From: Candidatus Latescibacterota bacterium | GTDB taxonomy: Bacteria > Latescibacterota > CBDEFO01 | Direction of reading: 5' to 3' | NCBI GenBank assembly: GCA_965237525.1 | Contig: CBDEFO010000008.1 | Location: forward strand, 143,607-207,606 | Length of the DNA: 64,000 bases | Part shown: positions 1 to 7,230 of the stretch, one piece after another | Position numbering within the stretch: position 1 is the first letter of the stretch | How the letters are laid out: each line of letters starts with the position of its first letter | Notes under the pieces: generated by a model | Told to the model about the DNA's origin: nothing | The model's input: only the letters and a program-made list of their open reading frames with translations | The model's database searches: none | Program-made: the position numbers and the translations under genes

Positions 1-987
1 ACACCTTAGTGTCGACGGCACTCAGATACAAGCTGATGCTTCAGTGAAAAGTATTGAGCCGATAGAACCCCCTGTTTCTCTTGATGATTATCTCAAGGGA
101 ATCGGTTTTGAAGGTGATAAGACAAAGGGTAGGTCCGGGCATCCTCAGGATAAAGACTTTCATGGTGAAAAGTGGACGAACCAAACACACCGTTCGACTA
201 CAGACCCCGACGCGCGCTTATACAGCAAATCGAAGGGCAAAGGGGCTTTTCTCTCGTTTATGGGCCATGATCTGATCGACACAAAAAGCAGAGTAATCCT
301 TGAGACTCAGGGCACGCAGGCGACAGGGACAGCAGAGCCCGAAAGTGCCCTTAAGATGGTAGATGACCTTGAAACATACACCATGCCCAAAGACATTCAG
401 ACACTTAGTGCCGATACCGGTTACGGTTCTGGTAATTTTATCGCTGATGTACTTGACCGGGGAATCATACCCCATATTCCTCTGCGAGCCGATGAGAAGA
501 TTGAACCGATTCCTACATGGAAAAACAAGACAAATCCAGCACATATTCAGGCCGAACGGGATAGAAAAGTGCGAGAGGCGAAAGCCAGAAATCATGCACG
601 GTCTATCTCATTAACAGCTGACTACAAACTCTCCCGGAGACTCCGTAAACGCAGTGAACATATCTTTGCTGAAGCCAGGCAACAACACGGTATGGGACGA
701 GCCCGTTATAGAGGACCAGCCTCACTGAATGAACAGTTGAATCTTGTTGCAACAGTACAGAATCTCAAGAGGCTTGTATCTTTCATAAGAAGGGGGAAAG
801 CGTCTATGTGTGCCCTGTCTGTCAAAGACAGTGCATCCTGTTCTTCAAACAGCTCCTGTTCCTTGCTGACCAGAACTCTGATAAGACTATTTTGCTTATT
901 CCACAGCAAAACGATACGATATGCTACTCTTTGACCCATAATCGGCGCTTCAGACGCTGCCTGGGACATAACTATTTCACAAGGCTT
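1..987 (+). mobile_element. IS5/IS1182-superfamily insertion sequence, copy 1 (3' about 990 bp; window starts inside the element)
   Basis: Near-identical at DNA level to 12729-13715 of the complete copy; shares right terminal repeat ...CTATTTCACAAGGCTT ending at 987. Confidence 0.85.
2..934 (+). CDS. DDE transposase (DUF772 N-terminus plus DDE_Tnp_1-type core), C-terminal 310 aa; 5' end lies outside the window
   Basis: ORF 44-934 is in frame from position 2; protein identical except 3 substitutions to residues 157-466 of the 466-aa ORF at 12262-13662. Confidence 0.85.
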   Translation, partial: HLSVDGTQIQADASVKSIEPIEPPVSLDDYLKGIGFEGDKTKGRSGHPQDKDFHGEKWTNQTHRSTTDPDARLYSKSKGKGAFLSFMGHDLIDTKSRVILETQGTQATGTAEPESALKMVDDLETYTMPKDIQTLSADTGYGSGNFIADVLDRGIIPHIPLRADEKIEPIPTWKNKTNPAHIQAERDRKVREAKARNHARSISLTADYKLSRRLRKRSEHIFAEARQQHGMGRARYRGPASLNEQLNLVATVQNLKRLVSFIRRGKASMCALSVKDSASCSSNSSCSLLTRTLIRLFCLFHSKTIRYATL

Positions 988-1021
988 TTAGGTGAGGACT
1001 GAAAAAAGGAGGGTAGATACC

Positions 1022-2128
1022 ATGGAGAATGCTATCAGTTACAGTGATGTTCTTGTTCTTAATCCTAATCCTGTTGATCTTCGTATCAAGATGGTTCAGA
1101 CTGCTCAGCTATACGGTGTCTCGTATGCTGCAAGGGCTTTTAATACAACACGCAAGAGCATAAGAAAATGGCTGAAACGTTATCTTGAAGACCGATCCAT
1201 AAAGAGTCTAGAAAATCATACGAAAGCACCCATAAACCCTCACTGTTTGTTACCGGAGGAGATCAGAAAGCTGATTGTAAAGTTCCGACAGACCCATCCT
1301 TCTTTGGGATATCCGTATCTATTGGGTTTTCTCCAAAAACAAAATGTTCCAACTGATCAAATCCCCTCCAAGCCGACTGCCTATGCTATCTGGAAAAAAC
1401 ACAATCTCATAAAGAAACGCAGGCGAAAATGGAAGAGAAAGAAACTTGTCTGCCAGTGGAAAAAGAAACTACGCCCCTTTGAACATATCCAGATCGATGT
1501 CAAACATCTGTGCGATATCCCCAACTACCTGAAACAACACTACAAAACAGGCGCCAAACTCCCCATGTTTGAGTACAGTGCCAGAGACATCAAAACAGGC
1601 GCTCTGTTTGTAAGCCTGAGAGACGAACAGAACCTCATCAACTCCTCTATCTTGGCCTGTGCTCTGCTCCAACACCTCCAAGACCACAAGGTCTATCCAC
1701 GAAAGATCCAAACCGACAACGGCAGCCAATTCGTCAATACAAAGGATGCCCTCAAAAAGACCCTCTTTACCGACCTCATCCAACAAAGAGGCGTAGAACA
1801 TAAACGCATCCCACCAGGGGCTACTACATGCCAATCCGATGTAGAACGCGCCCACGGCCTAATCGAATATGAATTCTACGACACCGTCAAGATTACCAAC
1901 CGTGCCAACCTCTGCCGGAAACTCCAAACCTATCAATGGTTGTTCAATACCCAAAGACATAATAGCTATAAAGACTTCAAAACCACTTTACAAATAGCCG
2001 CCCAACACGAACGCACAGAAAACCTCAATCCTCATCTTTTTAACTTCCCAATCTTGACTCTCGACTCTCTTGTTTCTAACTCTGTCAAGAGTGCATATCA
2101 TGTGCCTTTACCAGACGATTTTCGATAG
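1022..2128 (+). CDS. rve-type (retroviral-integrase-like DDE) transposase with N-terminal HTH, IS481/IS30-like
   Basis: ORF 992-2128. ATG at 1022 is preceded by AGGAGGG. Motifs IQIDVKHL, TDNGSQF and DVERAHGLIEYEF fit a D-D-E integrase core. Starts 35 bp after the IS5-like right end. Confidence 0.7.
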   Translation: MENAISYSDVLVLNPNPVDLRIKMVQTAQLYGVSYAARAFNTTRKSIRKWLKRYLEDRSIKSLENHTKAPINPHCLLPEEIRKLIVKFRQTHPSLGYPYLLGFLQKQNVPTDQIPSKPTAYAIWKKHNLIKKRRRKWKRKKLVCQWKKKLRPFEHIQIDVKHLCDIPNYLKQHYKTGAKLPMFEYSARDIKTGALFVSLRDEQNLINSSILACALLQHLQDHKVYPRKIQTDNGSQFVNTKDALKKTLFTDLIQQRGVEHKRIPPGATTCQSDVERAHGLIEYEFYDTVKITNRANLCRKLQTYQWLFNTQRHNSYKDFKTTLQIAAQHERTENLNPHLFNFPILTLDSLVSNSVKSAYHVPLPDDFR

Positions 2129-2630
2129 ATATATCTTTCTGTTTGTTTCGTCAAGTTAGCTTTTTTGCTTGACTTTCTAGCCTGTCCTCTTTAATTTGCA
2201 GAAGTAGAGTGTTTCTTTGGAACTGTTCTTTAAGGAAGGCTGTACAAGATGTGGGTGCACGTTCTTTTCGGGGAATATATAAAATACGTCCGGTGACTTC
2301 TGAAGCAAAGGGCGTGTCGTTTCCGAGTGAGGGGGAAAAGAGATCCCTCTTTGCAGAGCTTATCGCCCAATCGAGGGCGAAAGTAGTGCTCCAAGAGCCA
2401 TGGTTTACTACTACAAGGTTTAAGACCCTGACGGTTTATGGTACGGGCAAGTTTGATCAGCAGGAACTTCGGAGGAGGAAACTTCAAGGTGAATGTCTTC
2501 GTAGGATGGGACTTCTCGGCTACTCAGAACTTTAAGCCGAGTTGTGCTTCCTCTGTGGAGGGACATCCCCAACAGCTGTTAAGTTATAAGAGTTCAGGCG
2601 CTACATATTTTCAATTTGGGTTTATGTGTG

Positions 2631-3230
2631 ATGAATAGACTAACACTTCGTGAGCTTGAGAGGAACTATAAGAATTGCGAACTATGCGATCTGCATAAGA
2701 GCAGGAAAAAAGTGGTGTTCGGGTGGGGCTTCCCCCATTCGAAGGTGCTCCTTGTAGCAGAAAGACCGGTCAGGAACGATGAGGCAACAGGGATACCTTT
2801 TAGCGGATCCGCTGGCGAGCTTTTGGACAAGATCCTTGCGGCGCCTAAAGTGGAAATCCCCAAGAGTGACGCATATCTCACAAATGTAGTGTTGTGCCGG
2901 GCTCCCAACGATAGATCGCCAAGGGTTTCAGAGATAAGATCCTGTCACGATAGGCTTATAACAGAGATAGAATTGGTGGATCCTACTTTTGCAGTGGCGA
3001 TGGGAAGACTCCCTATGCTCCATCTGCTTAATTTACAGGGGAAGCTTGAGGAACTGAGGGGCTGGTACGTGACCCAGACAAAGGATAAGGAGTACAAGAC
3101 GTTTCTAACGTTTAACCCTGCCAGCGCTCTATACGGAGATCCCGAAACCATAAAGGCTAAAAAGAAGATGATGTACCAGGACTGGCAGATTATTGGAGAT
3201 GCTTACAGGGATACTGTAAAGGATATCTGA
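2631..3230 (+). CDS. uracil-DNA glycosylase family 4-like (UDG superfamily) protein
   Basis: ORF 2616-3230. N-terminal CELCDL and VLCRAP cysteine motifs and GIPFSGSAGELLDKIL resemble family-4 UDG (Fe-S type). Confidence 0.55.
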   Translation: MNRLTLRELERNYKNCELCDLHKSRKKVVFGWGFPHSKVLLVAERPVRNDEATGIPFSGSAGELLDKILAAPKVEIPKSDAYLTNVVLCRAPNDRSPRVSEIRSCHDRLITEIELVDPTFAVAMGRLPMLHLLNLQGKLEELRGWYVTQTKDKEYKTFLTFNPASALYGDPETIKAKKKMMYQDWQIIGDAYRDTVKDI

Positions 3231-3544
3231 TGATAACTCAGCAGGTTACGGAGTTCCTGGGAGACGGTATATCGGATGAACTGAGACGAGCTGTCCAAAA
3301 GTTATCAGACGCTTTACCTGGGGGGAAATTTGAGCACGACTGAGTTTACTCAAGAGTTGATCTCAAGAGTGAAATAGAACTTGCAAAATCAGTAGACAGT
3401 AGAACAGAGATTCTTGTCTATTCAGTGGACAGGTGAGATTGGTTCCGCTTCGCGTCTCCTACGGGGTCAGGATTTGGCACCTCGCAATGACAAAAAGCAA
3501 GAGCGCTCCATGACTCAAGGTATAAGCCACGCAACGTCACTGCG

Positions 3545-3610
3545 ATCTTCGATTGAACCCCTGATCCCCGATTGAGTCTATCGGGGATTCAATTGGGGGT
3601 CGGGGATAAC
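3545..3610. repeat. REP-like element: CCCCGATTGAGTCTATCGGGGATTCAATTGGGGG (inverted GATTCAATCGGGG units) in a convergent intergenic region
   Basis: Same motif family recurs at 7731-7751, 28068-28098, 32233-32253, 32303-32334, 34228-34255, 36898-36918, 36969-37003, 38251-38266, 38318-38350 and 43161-43205. Confidence 0.6.
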
Positions 3611-3709
3611 GAAGCAAGCTCGTAGTCAGTAGAAAGCGGCACCTGCTCCCATCCGTATTTACCGTCGCTGCTTTTCTCAGGGAAGCAGACCTGCTCTGTA
3701 CGCTGTCTA

Positions 3710-5185
3710 CTACCTTGGCAAAATGTAGTTTAAGATAGTTCGGAGTCGTTCTTTTTCAGTGATGGTGACCAGTTCCTGGTTGTCAATCAGAAAGACTATT
3801 TCACCAGTTATGCCGAGCTCTTCAGAAAGCCGGGCGTCCTCTTTAAGGAGCGACAGCCCGGTTTCGCTTTTTGCTATTGCCTTTATCGTATCAGGTTCCA
3901 GGCCTACGGCTTCTACAGTCTCCTCCCAGTACGAGCTTCCCCCGGACCGAATCTTGGCCCTTATATATTCCGGATATTTTTCAGCATAGAATTTGTTGAC
4001 TACAAGCTGTCTTATCGATTCTTCAACTTCGTATCTGCCGCCGCCGGCGACAAGTTCGCCGTCTCTATTCTCGCGGGTTACGTAGTGGATGTAGACGTTT
4101 TGGGGCCCTTCATAGCCCTCCATGTGTGCCATTGTATCTCTGATGACTCCTAACGATCTTGAGGAGACGCTCGAAACGAAGATGTCAGCCCGCCCGGGAA
4201 TCCTTTCTCTTTCGATCAGAACAGACGCTCCGACAGCTTCAGGGAAGATAAGATAGAGACCCCGGCTCTCATAGATCCTTCTCTTGATCTGAGGGAAGTT
4301 TCTGGACTCAAGCAGTCCCTCTCCGAATATGTAAGCGGGAAGCTTCCTTATGTTGTGTTGTATGATGAGAAGTTTGCCCTCATAGGAGTTGTGGGAAACT
4401 CTCCTGATCCGTATCCCAGGGAAGAGCGCCTTTGTGGACCGGACGATCTGGGCTTCGTTGGTGAAGTGGGCATCTTTGTGATAGACGACCGTAAGAGGGA
4501 TAGGTCTAGCCTTTTCGTAGATGCATCTGGATTCCGAAGTCCCGGGCTTTACGCAGGTCCCGATGTAGCCCTCTTTTAAGCAGTCTGCGTCTCGGGAACA
4601 CGTGGGGACGGATTTGCAGGCTTGCGGTTCATAATTTAATCTTGCGCAGATGGCCTTGAGGAGAGAGTACCGTTCTATGGAATCTTCGTAGGGTTTGCCG
4701 TCTATATAGATGGTCGGCGAATCGAAGATTTTGAGACTGTCGGTCCTCGATATGTGCGATCGCAAGATCTCTTCGGCTTTGCCACTTTCGATGTAGGCTT
4801 CAATTTTTTGGGGAGCGATCTCGACTTTCAGAGCCGATTCCTGCCAGGGGGCCTCTGGAACAGTGATATTTCTCAGCTGTGTATAGTCCCAGAATTTTTC
4901 GGCATAGAGTTCCCAAATGGCTATGCGGCGAAGGTCCTCGTTTACTTCCTCTTCTCCCCTGAGGCTCTCTATCGTTCCGTCTTCTCTTAAATCTGCCACG
5001 TAGTACAGGTCAAAGTCGATGTATCCCGAAAGGTCTTGTATAACCCGATGGATAACCCTTTCCGCCTCTACACAGTGGGGACAGAGGCTCATCTCATACA
5101 GGTCGAGTTTGACTTTTTGCGCAGAAACACACGAGAAAAATGCTAAGACTGGAACTATGGCGATAGTAAGACTGCGGAAAATCAT
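3710..5185 (-). CDS. secreted thioredoxin-fold protein (DsbA-like; CPHC active-site motif), 491 aa
   Basis: N-terminal signal peptide MIFRSLTIAIVPVLAFFSCVSA. LCPHCVEAE motif soon after. C-terminal segment GEIVFLIDNQELVT is DsbA/thioredoxin-like. Confidence 0.45.
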   Translation of the reverse strand: MIFRSLTIAIVPVLAFFSCVSAQKVKLDLYEMSLCPHCVEAERVIHRVIQDLSGYIDFDLYYVADLREDGTIESLRGEEEVNEDLRRIAIWELYAEKFWDYTQLRNITVPEAPWQESALKVEIAPQKIEAYIESGKAEEILRSHISRTDSLKIFDSPTIYIDGKPYEDSIERYSLLKAICARLNYEPQACKSVPTCSRDADCLKEGYIGTCVKPGTSESRCIYEKARPIPLTVVYHKDAHFTNEAQIVRSTKALFPGIRIRRVSHNSYEGKLLIIQHNIRKLPAYIFGEGLLESRNFPQIKRRIYESRGLYLIFPEAVGASVLIERERIPGRADIFVSSVSSRSLGVIRDTMAHMEGYEGPQNVYIHYVTRENRDGELVAGGGRYEVEESIRQLVVNKFYAEKYPEYIRAKIRSGGSSYWEETVEAVGLEPDTIKAIAKSETGLSLLKEDARLSEELGITGEIVFLIDNQELVTITEKERLRTILNYILPR

Positions 5186-5213
5186 AGGTGATCGGTCTCC
5201 TAATAAGTGGGTA

Positions 5214-5267
5214 GGGGCAGACTCGTGTGTCTGCCCCTTAAATTTGGGCGAACACTTGGGTTCGCCC
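5214..5267. promoter_or_regulatory. two adjacent 8-6-8 palindromes, GGGGCAGAC-tcgtgt-GTCTGCCCC and GGGCGAAC-acttgg-GTTCGCCC (half-site GGGCRRAC), between the hyuB stop and the thioredoxin-fold gene start
   Basis: Perfect inverted repeats read directly. The same pair, in the same order relative to the downstream gene, occurs in every TPR-cassette leader (28140-28198, 32360-32421, 34285-34346, 37020-37076, 38365-38432). Confidence 0.5.
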
Positions 5268-6959
5268 CTACTTTGATCGCAGCTGTTCGGTCTTCTGATA
5301 GTCCAAAGTCATAGCCTTCTCATCTATCCACACTTTGTAATTCTCTTTGGCGCTCTTTACGGAGACGAGTCCGTTTATCACGTCTTTGAGGACCATTTCG
5401 GCGTCCCTTTCAGAAGGCACGTAGAAGCCGCCCCCGCCGGGGAGGTCCAGATGGACTTCGATTCCGGGCTCCAATACGTACCTACGTTTTGGATGTGGAT
5501 AAGTTCCATCGGAAAGGTAAAAGCTTCCGGGTCTTCCTGGACTGCCACCTCTGAACCCTCTGGCCGGATTTTTTATGCGGTCGTACATACAGGAGTGTAC
5601 GGCGGGCCTGTCGCTCCTTATGCTTATGACCATCTTCTGTCCGAGGCCGCCCCTGAATTTGCCGGGTCCGCCTGAGCCGGGGATGAGCTCGCGCCTTTTC
5701 ATAAAGAGCGGGGATACGTTCTCTATGACCTCGGCCGGGACTCCGAGGACGCCGCTGGGGAATGCCGCAGCGGAGATACCATCTGAGGTGGGGCGGGCGC
5801 CTGTCCCTCCCGATGAAAAGTAGATATATGCAAACTTCTGGCCATTTTGATCGTATCCGTCAAACTGCGTGTTCCATAAGTTGGACGAGCCTTCGGCTGT
5901 GACCCTTTCGGGTATGACCTTGGAAAGGGCGCCGAAGATAGCTCCGTATAGGAAGTGTCCGAGTATGTGTCTTCCGCTTACTGGCGCAGGCCACAGGGCG
6001 TTGAGTATGCAACCTTCGGGAGCATGGACGGTCACGGGTCTGAAGCTTCCTTCGTTGTTGGGGACTTCGGGGTTGACAGCGCACTTGAGCGGATATGTGG
6101 TGTAGGCTTGGCAGTAGTTGAACACCACGTTTATGCCTCTTTCGGATTCTTGAGACGTCCCCGTGTAGTCCACCGTGATGTCTCTGTCCTCGACGGCTAT
6201 GGCCACTTTGACGATTATGTCTTCGTCGAAGCCGTCCATGCGTATTTCATCTCTATACGTGCCGTTTGGGATCTCTGATATAGCATCTCTCATGGCCTCT
6301 TCCGAGCGATCGATTATTGCATCTGACAGGGGCTCGATGGTATCGAGACCATATTCGTCCATGCACTCAGAAAGTTTTTCAGAACCGACTTCGTTGGCTG
6401 AGACCTGGGCGGTTATGTCACCCATTACCAGGTCAGGGACTCGGACGTTAGCTCGGATGAGTCTAATTAAGGTCTGATCGAATTCCCCCTTGTTGCAGAG
6501 CTTCATAACAGGGATGTAGAGTCCCTCTTCGAAGACCTCGCGTGCATCGGCTCCCATCGTCCTTCCGCCAATGTCCATTGCGTGGCAGATGTTGGCAAAG
6601 AGACCTACAGGTCTGTCACCTTTGAAAGTAGGCGTGACTACAGTGATGTCGTTGAGATGTCCCGACGTAAGCCAGGGATCGTTGCTAATGAGCGTGTCTC
6701 CGGGTCTGAGGGACTCTAAAGGATACCTCTCAAGGAAGAATCTGACTGCGTTTGCCATGCTATTTATATGGCCCGGAGTCCCCGTGATCGCCTGGGCTAC
6801 CATGTTGCCCCTCGTGTCGAACACCCCTGCCGATATGTCCTCCGCCTCTCTGACGACCGTGGTGAAGGACGAGCGTATCAGGGCTGCGGCCTGCTCCTGT
6901 GTGATGGAGATCAGCCTGTTCCAGAGGACTTCTAACTGTATGGGGTCGAATTTTTCCAT
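5268..6959 (-). CDS. hyuB: hydantoinase B/oxoprolinase-family protein (N-methylhydantoinase B-like)
   Basis: 563 aa. C-terminal GGGGFYVPSERDAEMVLKDV matches the GGGG(Y/F)GDP...RD motif of the hydantoinase B family. Lies directly downstream of the hydantoinase A gene on the same strand. Confidence 0.8.
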   Translation of the reverse strand: MEKFDPIQLEVLWNRLISITQEQAAALIRSSFTTVVREAEDISAGVFDTRGNMVAQAITGTPGHINSMANAVRFFLERYPLESLRPGDTLISNDPWLTSGHLNDITVVTPTFKGDRPVGLFANICHAMDIGGRTMGADAREVFEEGLYIPVMKLCNKGEFDQTLIRLIRANVRVPDLVMGDITAQVSANEVGSEKLSECMDEYGLDTIEPLSDAIIDRSEEAMRDAISEIPNGTYRDEIRMDGFDEDIIVKVAIAVEDRDITVDYTGTSQESERGINVVFNYCQAYTTYPLKCAVNPEVPNNEGSFRPVTVHAPEGCILNALWPAPVSGRHILGHFLYGAIFGALSKVIPERVTAEGSSNLWNTQFDGYDQNGQKFAYIYFSSGGTGARPTSDGISAAAFPSGVLGVPAEVIENVSPLFMKRRELIPGSGGPGKFRGGLGQKMVISIRSDRPAVHSCMYDRIKNPARGFRGGSPGRPGSFYLSDGTYPHPKRRYVLEPGIEVHLDLPGGGGFYVPSERDAEMVLKDVINGLVSVKSAKENYKVWIDEKAMTLDYQKTEQLRSK

Positions 6960-6960
6960 A

Positions 6961-7230
6961 TCAGTCTTTTCTTTCGGCTCTGAAGACGTATGCGTTCCAG
7001 TGGAATTTTATGACGTCGCTGTCACATTCGATTCCGAAGGCGGCCTTTACCTTCTCGGGGGCGTTCAGAAACATCTCTTTGAGCTGTTCTTTAACTTTGG
7101 AGCCGACTCCGGCTCTGTCTGTCCATCGGCCAAAGGTTTGGTCGTAAGAAACGCAGAGGAGTTCAGCTTTAAGAATGAGTCCGGCTCCTTCGAGCATGCT
7201 CTTCCATTCTGTGGGACGATACATTCTCAC
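6961..7230 (-). CDS. C-terminal tail of a class I SAM-dependent methyltransferase domain, in a shifted frame relative to the upstream ORF (frameshift at about 7230-7260)
   Basis: Upstream of this ORF's first Met the same frame reads AESIRDPSHVRMYRPTEW (classic DPSHVR motif). The 7227-9860 ORF ends in the alternative frame ...INRLNRSAIPRM*. Confidence 0.55.
   Translation of the reverse strand: MRMYRPTEWKSMLEGAGLILKAELLCVSYDQTFGRWTDRAGVGSKVKEQLKEMFLNAPEKVKAAFGIECDSDVIKFHWNAYVFRAERKD

Noticed and set aside
2209-2640. Small ORFs (108, 85, 66 aa) between the rve-type transposase and the UDG-like gene
   Set aside because: No recognisable motifs, mutually overlapping on both strands, no convincing RBS; region more likely the IS right end and intergenic DNA.
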